Positions 19,200 through 33,226 of a stretch of DNA of 64,000 nt are shown piece by piece. This stretch comes from the human T2T-CHM13v2.0 reference genome, Homo sapiens. How positions within the stretch are numbered: the stretch's first letter is position 1; the number at the start of each line of letters is the position of its first letter. A program made the position numbers and the translations under genes. Under the pieces are notes generated by a model. It had not been told where the DNA came from. It was given only the letters and a program-made list of their open reading frames with translations, and did no database searches. The stretch is taken from the NCBI RefSeq assembly GCF_009914755.1, contig NC_060947.1, one strand, 5' to 3'.

Positions 19200-19890
19200 G
19201 GGATAGGGGAGACTGAAAGCCAGTCTAGGCAGAAGGAACAGCAGGTGCAATAGCCCTGAGGCAAGAGAGAAGTTGACTGGGGTTGGAGGTGCAGGACAGA
19301 AAGAAGGTAGTTGAAGCAGAGGATTTCACCAGGGGAAGGAGATGAGCTCAGAGATGTGGCTTGGATCAAGATTGTATATTGCCCTGTAGACAGTTGTAAG
19401 AAGTTTAGATTTTATTCTGGTTGAGATAGAAATCATCTTATGGTTTTGAGCAGGAGAGTACCATGATCTGCTTTGTAATTTAGGCAGATCATACACACTG
19501 GTGTATGAGCAGAACAAGGAAGAAAGTGGAAAGGCCAGTTAGAAGGTTGTTGCAGTGATCCAGTTAAGGGAAGAAGGTTTAGCCTAGGGTAAAGGGACCT
19601 GTTAGTTCTGTGAAGTAAAGAAATGGTCCGTGTTATGGATATGTTGAGGTGTCACATTAATGTCTCATACAGAAAGATGTGTTAAATGTGAGATAGTGGC
19701 AAGTACCTCCAAATGACACTTACCAGCAGGTAGCTGGAAATCCAGAAAAGCATCAAGAAGTAAAGAGCTAGATATAAGAGTCATTATCATTGAGGGTATG
19801 ATTGAGTGCTTGGAAATAGATGACATCACCAAAGAAGCAAGAGAGAAGAACAGAGAAGACCGAGGGTAGAATTTGGGATAGCACCCGTAT
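19200..19890 (-). mobile_element. L2 fragment
   Basis: Purine-rich antisense L2 (GGTTTTGAGCAGGAGAGTACCATGATC; GGCCAGTTAGAAGG). Confidence 0.6.
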
Positions 19891-20958
19891 TCATGTTATT
19901 TTTTTCTGTTAAAATTACTTTAAATTATGAAAGTAATATAAAAATATTACAAGAAATTTGAAAGTAGAAAAAAGAAAAAAGTCTGATGACCCAAATCAAC
20001 CATTTTATTATTTTGAAAGATTTCTTCCTCCAGGGTTTTTAATATATATCATTTAACTAGTGTGCATATAGTTTTATATTGTATTATATTTCCTCACTGT
20101 TCCAGAATAGCCTACACTTTGGAAGTGGGAGAAGAGGGCCCAGCAAAGCCAATGGAATTATTTAGCAAAGGAGAGTAATACAAGGGAGTAGTGGCATTAG
20201 ACTCCTATCGGTGACTTTGGAACGGAAATAGAGATGTATATAGATGCTAGTTTTTAGTTTGGTGGCAAAAGGAAGGGAAAGGATAAAATCTTGAAGTGGT
20301 GGGTGGATCCAGGGAGGGTTTTTTGGGTGAAAGATATCTAAGTATTTCTATAGGCAGAGGAAGGAAGCAGAAGAGAGGGAGAAATTGGAAATGTTGTTGA
20401 CAGGGTATGGAGCATAGTCTCTACAGAAGTAGGAGGGGTCTGGATTAACAGCTGGGAGAGAGATAAATTTCTCTGACATAGGAGAGAAGAAGAAGAGATT
20501 GGGTAAGGGAAGAAGTTGAGGTAGCTCATCCTCCTTGAAGATGACTTGAGGGTCTCAGTCACGTAGAAGATAGTCAGGTCATCTCCCGAGAATGAGAGAG
20601 ACAAAAGTGGGCCATGGGCTTTGGGAAGTAAATAATGTTTGGATTGGTTAAGACAGAAAGTCAAGAAGATTGCAAAGCAGATCAGTGGGTAACTAAAGTT
20701 GGAATTAGAATTAGAGAGGACCTCCAACATCATCTAGTCCAATTCCTCATTTATAGATGAAGGCTTGAGGTTAAGAGGGGTATGCCAATCACACAGCTAC
20801 TAAGAGTTAGAGCTGGGATGTAGAACCTAGGTCTACATAAACTGTCCAGCCCAGAAAAGCAAGCTTAATGTTTTCCTTTTGATCCATCCCATGGGAAAGA
20901 CTTTCCCCTGGCTAGCCAGGGACAAAACAGGGCAAAACCCAGGAAACACCTTTATTCC

Positions 20959-21057
20959 AAATGCAAGCACTCTCCAGAATCTGCATGTACAAAATCTACA
21001 AAATCTACAGCCCTCTCTACAAAATGCAAGCACTCTCCAAAATCTACAGCCCTCTCT
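20959..21057. repeat. Mosaic micro-duplication
   Basis: 18-mer AAATGCAAGCACTCTCCA at 20959 and 21022. 20-mer CAAAATCTACAGCCCTCTCT at 20999 and 21038. Confidence 0.9.
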
Positions 21058-22624
21058 GTAAGAGCTATCTTAACAAATAATCCCTCATCTAGAATATTGA
21101 AAAGCCAAGTATAGGGTTTCAAAAAAGTGTTGGAAGGCTTTTACCTTAATCAACTAGACAATACACCTCAAAAGAGCTCTATTCCATTTTGTCACAATGA
21201 AATAGAGGCTTAGCAAAAAATTAGAAATAACCTCGAATAACCAACATTAGGGACATGGTTTAATAAGCGATGATCCATCAACAGCATGGAATGTGCAGTC
21301 ATTAAAATAATTATAAAGACTGTAGAAATAAAAACATGCTTATGATATAATGGTCAGAGAAGATGCAGAATTCAAAATGATAATTATACCATAATAGCAA
21401 ATATGTAAAAATAACTTATGCCCATTGAAGGTAACATTCAGAAAGAGAAAACTGTTCATCTGTTCATGATGAATTACAGATGTCATGACTTCTAAATATT
21501 CTTTATTATTGTTATATCATCTGTTCAAATAAACATTCAAATAAATAAAAAGTAACTATTATTTCCTCCAGAAAAGAAGTACTCATTTTCACGGTTGCTG
21601 AAAGCAAATGTTTTCTATTGTTAAATAAACTTAAATGAAGGCATGGATGGGGATCCTAGTCCATTGGAATGCTCAACTTCTTCAACACAATAAGCAAAGG
21701 CATTCAGCAGCAATGTCTTCTGGCTGTCACAGGAACATATTTTGGGTACCTCTCCTTTAGCAACACCCCCTTTTTCTCCCTTTCCCTCCTCTAGGATTAG
21801 AAGCAGATGGCAGGAGCTGGTAGATCTGGAAGGGCAGCCCAGGGAGAGAAGAGGTTCTAATATTAGGCTCCTAGGTGTTATAGTAGTTTCACCTATTTAT
21901 TTGCTTAAATTTATTTTTGATTTATTTTAGCAACTGTACTCCATAAAAGGGAAGAAAGGAACTATTTTAATCTGTAATCCTACTACTGAATACAATTTTT
22001 TAATGTATCTGTTCTCTGGAGATAGGCTTTTATACAATGAAAATATCTATACAATTGTGTGTTCTATTTTTGTCTCTTAACATTATTGTGTTTAGATATT
22101 TCAATGTTTATTGCAGTCCTCAGAAGTAAGATTACATAATATTCCATTCAATCTATATGTCTTAATTCACTTATCTATTCTGATTTTGTTGGACATTTGG
22201 CTATTACCTTTTTAAAAGATTATGCATAATGGCATTGTAAAATGTACTTGTATATATAGTTTTTTTTCCTTCTTTTGAAAGATTACCTAATGAAAAACTT
22301 CCAGGAGTGGAATTACTGTGTGAAAGGGCATGAATTTTCTTTATGGCTTCTCACATAAATTGCCAAATTGCCCTTCAAAAGAATTGTCCTAATTTATCCT
22401 GCTGCTCATACTATTGTATGATGATATCTTTCTATTCTCTTTCTCAGAGCTGAATCAACATGTACTTGATGTTTTTTGCTACTTTAATAAGTATAAAATA
22501 ATATCTCATTATTGTTCTTTAGTACCAGCATGATTGAATGAGTTAAATTATATCATCTAAGAACCCAATCTCAGATCTTGAATTAAAACTGGTGGCTCCC
22601 AACTCCTAGTCCAATGCTTTTTTT

Positions 22625-22683
22625 AAAACAAAACAAAACAAAACAAATTAGTGTGTGTGTGTGTGTGTGTCTGTGTGTGTGTA
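22625..22683. repeat. (AAAAC)n followed by (TG)n microsatellite
   Basis: Direct reading of the sequence. Confidence 0.9.
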
Positions 22684-25600
22684 TGAATTGTGTGTTTCAC
22701 ACCTTTCCCAGCTGCCTAATGGTGTGAGTTGTTGCTGGAGAGAAGGTGAAGAGAAAGGGGGCAACTACCAAAGGGTTGAAGTTACTCCCTGCCATATGTT
22801 GCTCTTCCACACTATATAAGAGATGCCAGGATGCCAGGTATCATCAAGTTAATCAATGAATGGCAGAGCAAAACTGGAAGCTGATAAGTACTGCCAAAGA
22901 ATGGAGAAAACTATCAATGAAAAAACTCAGGCTTGTTTTTGATTTCTGGACCTGTACTGGTTTTCAGTCATACATAAAGCCCAAAGGTATACGGGCACTT
23001 AATAGAAAATCAGTTACACAATATGTGAAGTGCTAGAAAAATTGGCAGAATTCTTCACAATCCTCCCTAATGTGTTCCTGAAGTTTCCTAGTGAGCCTAC
23101 TCATGAGATTGTATTTACTTGTACTTTGTTGCCAGGCAAGAATCAAGGTGTTGTATTTCAACCAGATGTCTTGAGCTGGGTTTTGCAAGATAGCGTAGCA
23201 AACAGGGAGACATGTGTTTTCCTTTACACAGACCTTCTTAGGCCATCACCAGCTGCTTTCAGTCTCATGTGTGGATCTCTCCACTTGTCAGATTTCCTAG
23301 CTCCTGAGGTTTTGGAAAAGCCACTCTTGGTTTCTTTAATCCATTTTGGGCATTGCTAATTCTCTTTTAGGTGTCAAATTACACTTCCGGCAGTTTCTTA
23401 GGCCATCCCTTAGGCTGCCTCCCTAACCTGGGCCCCAAGGGTTATGGGGCCTGCTGACCTTAAAGCAGTCTGATTGCAATAGTTCTCTCTAGTGTCAAGG
23501 AAAATTATGAAAGACTGAATGGGCAAAAAAGATTACTGGATGTTCTGACTTGTGCATTCTTCTGGGATATCTGTGCCTTTTATTGTATTTGAGCTATTTA
23601 ACAACTTTATAAGTTGTAAGAAACTGAAAATAATGCAAAATACTCTTATCCATAGAAATACAAAGAATTTTGTCTGATGCCATCCAATTGGTTATTGTCC
23701 TGGATATTGGATATTGACCAGTTTTGTATCTATTTGAAAACTCAGTTCAGTATTCTTAATTACCTGTAAGAATCTATGTTCTTCAAATTCACCTTTGAAC
23801 TGGTTGTAACATCTTACTGTTTCTCTCATTAAATAATGAGTTCAATAAAAATTTTTGACATGTGTTTCTTTTATATTTGCATGAGTCATGATATTTTCTT
23901 TAAAAATTATCCTTTAACACTAGCCTGCCTTTCTTCAGAGGCTTGCAGGTCCAAATGAGCCTCTCTTTTTGCCTTTTTGTCTGAACTGGAAGCATTTAGC
24001 TCTGTTCACCATGATATTTCAATTTAACTATTTTTAAAAAGTGAGAGAAGAATTCAAAATGACAACTATATTAGCTATAACTTCAACTAATGCTTCCTCC
24101 GACCAGCTCCTCTCAGAATTCTGTTCTCCAGCTTCCCCAAAAGACACTTTTGGAAGAAGCAATTTACTTTGATAGCAAGTTTTTGGCCCCATCAGAATCT
24201 GGAGAAAGAAGCTCCCCGACTTGTTCACAGCAGATATAATCACCCCCTTTGGAGGCTGGGGCTTCTCAGAAGTCAAGTGGTCGTTTCTCGGTAAGTTTTG
24301 ACCTTTCAAAAACTGTAGTTTTATGTAAAAACCAATTGCTTTATGTAGAAACTTTTCATTTCCACCTCAAATTTCAAAATTTTAAAAGTACATTTAGGGG
24401 ACAGCTTGGCAGCTGTTTCTTTAAAAATAAATGTTACCAATTAAAGTATAAAGGTCAGTTGCACAGAGCCTTTTGGTGGCAGGATTCTGAAACAGTCAAG
24501 GCAAGGTGAGGATTTGCACTCAGCTGTTGAATACAGGAATGAGGCTGGATAAAATGGAGGAATACCTCAAGGCAAAGTACAAACCAGGAAAATTATTAGA
24601 GACTGGTAGGGAATGAGGACTAGGAATCAGAAGCTAAGCCAGTGATTTCTAGTTGATTTCCTGTTTCATGCTTTTAGCTCAGCAGAAGTAAAATGAAAGT
24701 AATTCATGTGTTTTGAAAATGCCTTAAGAGTGTCAGGTACAGATATGTAAGGTAGTAGCTTGAGGGTAGAGGGAGGAGCAATTGGTTCTAGTCCAGCTCA
24801 TTCATTAACTTAATGGGCATGATTCTTGGCCCTTCTAGGCTTCAGTTTCTTCTTTTGAAATAGGTTGGACTGGACTCGGTGGCCTCCTGAGGGTCTTCCA
24901 GTTCTGACCTCTTGAGTTATGTATAAAAGCTGAGGGAAAAAAAAGCATGTGAGTTTTGGAACTCTGGGGGTTAAAGTAGAACTCGCTAAACTTGGGTTGT
25001 CACACCTAGTACTGCAGACCTAAGGCCTTTGGGCCCAGGAGCCCAAGATCTGGTGGGTAGTAGTGACGCTTAGGTCATATAATTTCTCGGGGCTCCCATC
25101 TCCTTCCCTCTCAGCAGGCACTCTCCTTTCTCAAGCAATTTGGCACATTCCTAAGGGCAACTTCCTTCCCGCAGGCATGGGCTTGGTGTCTCAACTCCTG
25201 CTTCTGTGGGTCCTGCTTTCTGTTGCTACAGAAAGCTTAGTTTCTAGTCTTTTCACAAAGGAGTCAGTTTGTGGAAGCTTATTCTTCAGTAGCCATTGCT
25301 GTAAAGCACATTTCAGTCAAGCAAAGTCTGTATTCCCAGTGTTAATCGAAGATAGGTCACAATAGGAAAACAAAATCCCTAAGCTGACTGAACTGAACTT
25401 GTATGATAAAAAGGGTTAAGATAGTGGTCAAGACTGCTGTAGGTCTATGACATGCTGGATTTGGCCTCCTGGGTATTCATTTATTAGTTCACACAGTTCA
25501 CTGAAGTTCTGTGAGCTGTGAGTGCCTATAGCCAGTGCTCAAAAAACTCTTTGAGAAGTGGATGGATGTATAAATGAAGTAATGAATGGGCAAGTGAAAG

Positions 25601-25939
25601 AATCAATATAAAACCCTCTGGGAATTTTTTGCTGAAACTGTTATTTTGTAGTAGCACTTTGCAAACCCCCTCTGCTAGCAGGTACCCCACTATTTTCTCC
25701 TTGGCTCTACCTCACGTAATTTCTTGGGTCTCCATTTTCTACTGCTGCAATTTTCTGCTTCAGTTTTGTGATTTTTCGAGATCTAATTTGACTTGGCTGC
25801 AGTATCATACCTTCCCATTGGACGGTAAGATCATATTGGAATGAGGAAAAGGTACCGCCATCTAGTATCTATTAGATTCTAACTTTAAAATTACAGAAAA
25901 CTCCTTATTCCTTAGGTTTCTGAGTATGCAAAATAAATT

Positions 25940-26200
25940 GTTCAGCATGGCATAATGAAAAGAATGTGGGCTTTTCAATCAGGACAGATTTGGATTTGAA
26001 TCTTAGCACTACATCTACCAGCTGGGGGACATCAGACACAGTACTTCACTTTTCTCTGGGCCTGTCTTTTTTTTTACATGTAGGAAAATGAGCAATTTAT
26101 CTTGTAAGGTTGTTCCTGAAGATCAAATGAGATAAACATATGTAACTTTGCCAAACATAGTGCCTGGCACATAGTAGGTACTCAATACGAGGTAGCTATT
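25940..26200 (+). mobile_element. MIR
   Basis: GGATTTGAATCTTAGC...ACTTCACTTTTCTCTGGGCCTG...ATAGTGCCTGGCACATAGTAGGTACTCAATA. Confidence 0.7.
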
Positions 26201-26298
26201 ATCTTAATATCTTACATTTGTATAGCATTTTATATTTTACAAATTCTACCATACTTTCTTTTACTCATCCTAATTCTAGCATCATTATTTATTAACAG

Positions 26299-26340
26299 AA
26301 TATATATATATTCTATATATATTCTATATATATATATATA
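26299..26340. repeat. Interrupted (TA)n microsatellite
   Basis: Direct reading of the sequence. Confidence 0.9.
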
Positions 26341-29127
26341 CACATTGATATCATAAGACTGAAGATCAACTTGGAGCTCATCTTCATACACCAACTGCTC
26401 ACCTTGGACCTAGGCTTCCATGATTCCCATCCTTCCAGGAGCCAGACTGTTACCCTGTAGCGTCCATTCCTGGATTTTTACTCATCAAGTGTTAAGCAGC
26501 TTAGAAGCGTGCTTAAATTCCAATAGGCTATTAATTTAGCATTTCTTAGCCCAGGACTGCTAGTTCTCTGAGTTGTTTAAAGGAAAGCTTTCGAATTGGG
26601 GTGATTCACATTTTTTTGTGCAATGTTTGAAGACTCTAAAACTGTTAGGACATGGCATTTCCCAAATTATAAGAGTGTGCCTGTGAATCTGGTCCAGCTC
26701 AGAGGTGTAGTGGGAGGAGGGACAAGGCCATTTAAAAGCTTTGCTGCTATACTGAATTTGTGAAATAGAGTCCCTATTTTCCAAATAAAAATGTTCTTAT
26801 TGTACATTAATTGTATTAATTCTTTGTTTTGTCCACAAATGTATTCCCAGCACTTAGACTGGTGCCCGGCACATAGCAGATACTCTATGAATGCTTACTG
26901 AATAAATATGCTATATAAAATATCCAAAGTTAAGTGTATTACCTGAATGTAATCTAGTTGTGGGCAGCTGGAGTCATTTTGGGAAAGTTATTATAACTCT
27001 AGATTTTTCCAAGCCCTGTCACAGGTTGCTTATCACAGAACCAAGATTGGATCCTAGAGAGCCTTACTCTCCAGGGCTCAGATCCCTAAGATCTGTTCTC
27101 TAATTCTCATGACCAAGAAATGCAGACTGTGGGCACAATAAGCTCTTTGGCCAGATGGAGCAGGCAAATATAAGTGTAATGAGTAAATATGACAGGTTTA
27201 GTAAGAAAAAGAACCCTAGGCTGAGTCAGGTACACTGACTGTGTAACCTTGGATAAGTCATTCAAGTAGTCACCTCTCTGAGCTTCAGTTTCCTCCCATT
27301 AAATGATGTCAAATGGCCACTCTACCTACCACACATAGTTGTTTGGAGGATGTCAGAACCTGTAAAAAACAATTCCAGTGATTCTCTTAAAGTCCTACTT
27401 TGCCAGAACTGAATCTGCAATCTCCACTGTGGTCCTGATGTGACATGTGGCATGGCTCTGTGGAATATGTAGTGCAGTATGTGTTTCTAGGCTACTTGGT
27501 GGCCCGAATGGTGGTGCTGACACACATTGCAGGGGACACAGATGCAAATGACATTCTGCCAGCAACAGGATTTTCTATTTTTGAATGAAAAATTCCTCTC
27601 ATGAAGTGAGAGCCTCCCCATATGCTCGGCCACCCATGAGTAGCCAAAGACTTTATTGCAAAAATGAATATTCCATGTTATTATTGTGCCATTTTGCTCC
27701 CTAAAGCAAGAATAATTTCTATCTCCTTATTATTGCTTCATGAATTTCTGCAAACATTTCTATGCCAGTCATGGCCATAGTCATTTCTCACAGCAAGTAA
27801 GAGGTCTGCTTTTCTTCTCCCTTCTTCAGTATATGTTTAATTTTTTTTCCTAAATACTCCTGACAGCCTCACTTATATAACTGTGCTCAGCATTTTATTT
27901 TACTTTGCTTTCCACCTAAAGCAGCTGTCTTCTCTCCGTCAAACCTAGACCCCTTCTGCCTTCAAACTGCTGCTTAAAATTCATCTCTACAGAGTCTCCA
28001 ATCCATTAACAAAGATTTGGTAAGCAATGGCTTGAGGTAGATTCTGTAGGGGCTAAGACAAAGCCCTGTCCTTTGAGGAGTGCTAGCTATAAGCTGGAAA
28101 AATTAGACCCTCACACAGAATGGGGGAAGAATTAGCAATTGTGAGTGGCATACTCTCAGTGCCAGCTGTGTCGTATGGGCAGGGTGTCCTGGTGGAGAGC
28201 ACTGTGGGCAGGCAGGGTCAGGAGGCGGAACTTGAGCTGGGCCTTGAAAAATGAGCCAATTTCAAATAGGCAAAGGGGAAGGGAAAGGAAATTGGAAAGG
28301 GGAAGTGGAATAATGTCAGCAAGAGGCAAAGACACAGGAATGTGGACATTTGTTCCTGGACAATGAGAGCCAACGTTATGCAGAGGCAGAGGTTTGTGGA
28401 GACCTAGCAGTGGCACAGCTGGAAAGGTAGTGTGGGGCCAGATTGGAGGACCTTGGATGTTAGGCTACTGTTCTGAAGTCAGTGGGATTACTGTGCAGAA
28501 GAATGACCTGATAGGATCCAGATTTAGATACCTTTATCTAATTATAGTATACTCAGTGGCCTTGGAGTTAGGGCAAAATGGTGGTGTCGGTAGCAGCCAG
28601 GCAGGAGGGAGAAGAAACTCTGACTTGCAGCCAGCTTATCACTCTGCCACTCCAGAAATCTCACAATTTCTATGTGTCTAGCTCTATGAAGCTGATACAC
28701 TACCTGTTGTCAGCTGGGAGGTAAGGTTGAGGACATGGAGCATGGTATCTTTGAGCCAGTCAGACCTGGATTCAAATTCAGACTCTGCCACTTAGTTGCT
28801 TTTGAATTTGGGCCAGTCATTTAACCTCCCTGAGCCTTGGTTTCCTCATCAGTGAAACACGGAAAACACTAAACTCACACAGAAGTTAATAAGAAAGACT
28901 GGCACATCAAAGATAAATCTTCAACCAATGTTCCTTTCCTTCCTTCTCTCCTCTTGTAGTTAGCTTTGTGACCCTGAGTATCTTTTTCTCTGGGAGAATT
29001 GCCTCATGCAAAATGAGACAGCTGTCCTTTCCTACTTTACTATGCTAAAAGAAAAGGCCTTGCCTATCCAGTAACACATCTGACCAGTCCTTCTTTCTCC
29101 TTCTTCTTACTCTACTAGGGATGGAAT

Positions 29128-30155
29128 TCATTCATCCCATCAACAAACATTTATTGAGAGCCTATTATGTGTCAGGCACTATTCTTGGTCCTGTAGACAA
29201 AGCAGTGAACAAAACCAGACAAAAATCTCTGCCCTTGTAGAACTGATATTCTAGTTGTGGCTGCAGAAGAGTCATACAATAAACAAATAAATATATAATA
29301 TGTGCTAAGAAGAAAAATACAGCAAAATAAGGGGACAGAGAATGATAGGTTGATAGGAAATTGGCCAAGGAAAGGTTCTCTGATAAGGTGACATCTAAGA
29401 AGAGTCCTGGAGGAAGTAAGGGAGAAGCCATGTGGCTGTCTGGGAGAATAGCATTTCAGGCAGGAGGAAATACAGGTAAGAAGACCCTTAAGTGGGAGCA
29501 TTCTTTGCAGGTTCAAGGAACAACCAAGAGTCCAACATGACTGGAGCAGAGTGAACAAGGAAAACAGAGGTAGATTACAAGCCCAGGGAAGCAAACAGCA
29601 ATCAGATCATGTAGGGCCTTGTAGGCCAAGATAAGAACTTTGAGAGAGATGGAGAACCATTGGAGGAGATGGAGCATAAGAGTGATAGACTCTGACTTAA
29701 TATTTTCACAGAATGTCTCTGACTACAGGGTAGGGAATAGACTGTAGGATGGCCAGGACAAAAGCATGGAGACCCTGTATACATTTATAGTAATCCAGGT
29801 GAGAGAGCACTGGGGTTTGGACTAGGATGATGACAGGAAGGTGGTGAGAAGTGGTCAGGTTCTAGATACATTTTAAAGGCAGAACTGACAGAACCCACTA
29901 ACATATTTGATGTGGAGTGTTCAAGAAATCGTTCAAGGATGATCTCATAGTTTTGGGCTTGTCCGATGGGAGGTTGGCGTTGCCATTTACTGAGATGCAG
30001 AAGACCAAGGGATAAGTACATTTCGGGGGAGAAGAGGTTTGTTTTTGGTCATGTTAGGTTTGAGATGTCTATTAGACAGTTAAGTGAAAATGGAGAGGAT
30101 CAAGTTGAATACAAAAGCAACAAGTCAGGGGAAGTTGGTGAGAACATATAGGTCC
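29128..30155 (-). mobile_element. L2a-like 3' portion
   Basis: TTCATTCA...CAACAAACATTTATTGAGAGCCTATTATGTGTCAGGCAC; CAGATCATGTAGGGCCTTGTAGGCCA; TTTGAGATGTCTATTAGACA. Confidence 0.85.
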
Positions 30156-30359
30156 TATCTCAAACTTTAAGTATGCAGAAGCAGGGCCAGGGACTTAGTG
30201 AAGGCAAATTATGTAGATGCTTTTCTACATTTCTGCCATGTCCTTGAGTACTGCTACATGTTTTTCCTCTCATCCTTTTTTGATGGAAGTCTCCTACATA
30301 ACAGGGACTAACATTTACTATGCATTTATTATATGCCACACAGTGATAGCATCTCAAGG

Positions 30360-31307
30360 AGTTGAGAAAGTGCCACCCCATAATATGCCACTTTGGACTT
30401 CAAACTGAGGGCATTTGGGGAACAGCAAATTCAGGGAGGGATTTCTGAACTTTCCTTTTCTGTCTAAAGACAGATCCTCCAAAAGGAACTCAATTGTTAT
30501 GAATCCCCTCCCTGGAAATCTCATCAACCAGGGAAGATTAAACCCGTATTACAAGAGAGGAGACTGGAGGTTGACATCATGCCCAGATAAGCTTTATCAC
30601 AGGGTGTCACCTATTCTTCTGAGGTCCCATTTATCTTTCCCCAAAATCATTTATTCCTCCTAGAGGCCTACTTCCCCCCTCCCCTCTTCCCTATGAAAAG
30701 GGTCTATAAGCTTCTAGATCTCACTGGGTTGGGCATTCACTTTTTTTTCATGTGATGTCCCCATGCATGTAAAAAAAATGTGTATGCCTGCTATAGTTTG
30801 GATGTGGTTTGTTGTCCCTACCAAATCTCATGTTGAAATTTGATCCCCAACATTGGAGGTGGTGCCTAATGGGAAGTGTGTTAGTTATGAGAGCAGATTC
30901 CTTGCGAATAGATTAATGCCCTCCCTGGGGATGAATGCATTTTTGCTCTGTTAGTTCCCCCCAGAACTGGTTTTTAAAAAGAGCCTGCCCCCACCCCATC
31001 TCTCTTGCTTCCTCTCTCCCCATGTGATCTCTGCACATGCTAGCTCTCCTTCACCTTCTGCCATGAGCGAAAGCAGCCTGAGGTCCTCATCAAATGTTCA
31101 GTCCTAAACTTTTCCCAGACATCAGAATCATGAGCCAAATAACGTTTTTTTCTTTATAAATTACCCAGCCTCAGGTATTCCTTTATAGCAACACAAAATA
31201 GACTAAGATAATATATTTTCTCCTATTAATCTGTCTGCTGTCAATTTATTTCACAGACTCAGTTACCAAACCATCTGAGGATAGAGGAAAGCCTTCCCTC
31301 TCCTACA
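30360..31307 (+). mobile_element. MER34-family ERV1 LTR, interrupted by an MST LTR
   Basis: TGCCACCCCATAATATGCCACTTTGG start motif. Resumes at 31211 (TTTTCTCCTATTAATCTG) and ends CCTACA. Confidence 0.65.
30789..31210 (+). mobile_element. MSTB-like MaLR solo LTR
   Basis: TGCTATAGTTTGGATGTGG...CCAAATCTCATGTTGAAAT...ATAAATTACCCAGCCTCAGGTATTCCTTTATAGCAACAC...GACTAAGA. Confidence 0.85.
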
Positions 31308-31684
31308 CATCCTGTTTAAGTACAGCTGTCTTGCAAAATATATACTGTCATCTCCGTTTTGCAGATAAGAAAACTGAGGCTCTGTAAGAGAAGCAAAAAT
31401 CACTTGTCCTAAGTCACATAGCTTATAAGTGAATAAGGTGGGATTCAAACCAGGATCTAAGTCCAAAGTTCGTGTTCCTTCCAACTATCTGATTATCGCT
31501 AAGTAGGCCAGAGAGTCACCTGATCTCTATGTCAATTATTTATTCTGTGGATTAACCAGAGCTAAGAGGTATTTAAAACCAGTCCCTGCCTAACTCCTTA
31601 GCATATTCCACTCAATTGGTGGGTATTCAGGGGTTGACAACATATTTTGGATCTTTATTATTTGGGGGTTGTCAACTAATATTG

Positions 31685-32042
<358 letters not shown>

Positions 32043-32379
32043 TATATTATTTTTTAGGGCCAGACAAACAAAAGTAGGAAGGGAAACTTGATGAGACAGA
32101 CAGGTCAGTGAAATATTACAAACCAACTATATTTTAATTTCTGGATTATTTATTTTTCTGGATTACTCACAACTTCCATAGCAGCACAAGTAAGAGGATA
32201 ATTTCACAATTTTCATTTGGTTCTATTTCCTTTGTAACTTTCCATAATGTATCATGTAGCTCTTCACCCAGGAAATGTTTCATAAGTGGTACGGACAGGC
32301 ATCCCTTGGACAAGTTCCCTTTTTGGAATTCTAGGTAGTCTAAGTTACCGTGAGTGACTTCATGTCTTATTCATTTGAC

Positions 32380-32501
32380 AAACAATATTGGTGCCTACTA
32401 TGTGGTAGGTGCCATGCTAGGTATTAGAAATATCAAAATAAAACAATATTGGTGCCTACTATGTGGTAGGTGCTATGCTAGAGATTAGAAATAGCAAAAT
32501 A
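32380..32501. repeat. 61-bp tandem duplication within an L2 3' end
   Basis: Copies at 32380-32440 and 32441-32501, 57/61 identical. Confidence 0.93.
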
Positions 32502-32959
32502 GAAAGGACACAATTCTTACCATCAAGGAGCTCATAGTTTAGTGGTAAGAAATCCATGTGAAACATTCAAAATGCAGTGTGGTAAGTGATATCATCAAAG
32601 TATGCTCAGGGTGCAATGAAAGCACAAAGGAAGTCTGGTTGGAGTGAGTTGTGGGGCCATACCAGACAGAACATGTGAATTGATTCTTGAAGAATTTATC
32701 AGGTTTCTAAGGTAGGGGCAATCTTGACAAAGAAACTAGTTTGTTCAAAGGCACGGTGGTGTGAGAAGTGTCAGCAAATTTAGTAGTGTGCAAGCATGAC
32801 TTCCTTGTAAAATGGTGGAAGATAATGTTGGAGAGACAGACTAGAGGGCATGTTAAGGAGCTTATATCTTGTCTCCCGTAGTACCTGGGATCAAAGAGGT
32901 AAGGTGAATGAGTGACAAGGACAGTAATGAAGGATAGAAGAAAGAGGTGGTGATGGCTG

Positions 32960-33226
32960 TGGAACTTGATTGTTCATGCTTATTTCAAGGAGACAGTTCT
33001 AGCTGAGTGTAGCCACATGGGAATGTGAATCCAGAGTTATAGGGTCTTCTGGTTTTTTAACAGAAAAGCAGGAAATCTGGATTTTTTAAAAATGTGAAAT
33101 CTCCAGAGTTCCAATAGCTGACAATTGCTTTTTTTTTTTTTTAATTCAAAGGTTTAGTTGATACTGCACCGAACACAACACATCTGTTTGCTGGATGTGG
33201 CCTGCAGGCTGTCATTGAGACCTGTG
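32960..33226. mobile_element. MER102-like hAT-Charlie DNA transposon
   Basis: AGCCACATGGGAATG...GGAAATCTGGATTTTT...ATGTGAAATCTCC...AACACATCTG...GGATGTGGCCTGCAGGCTG. Confidence 0.6.

Noticed and set aside
23030-23359. 109-aa ORF (also 25063-25365 and 49317-49664)
   Set aside because: Non-ATG starts, no domain similarity, and lengths expected by chance.
32380-32501. CRISPR-like or prokaryotic repeat array (also 20959-21057)
   Set aside because: Only two copies, no spacers, and a human genomic context.
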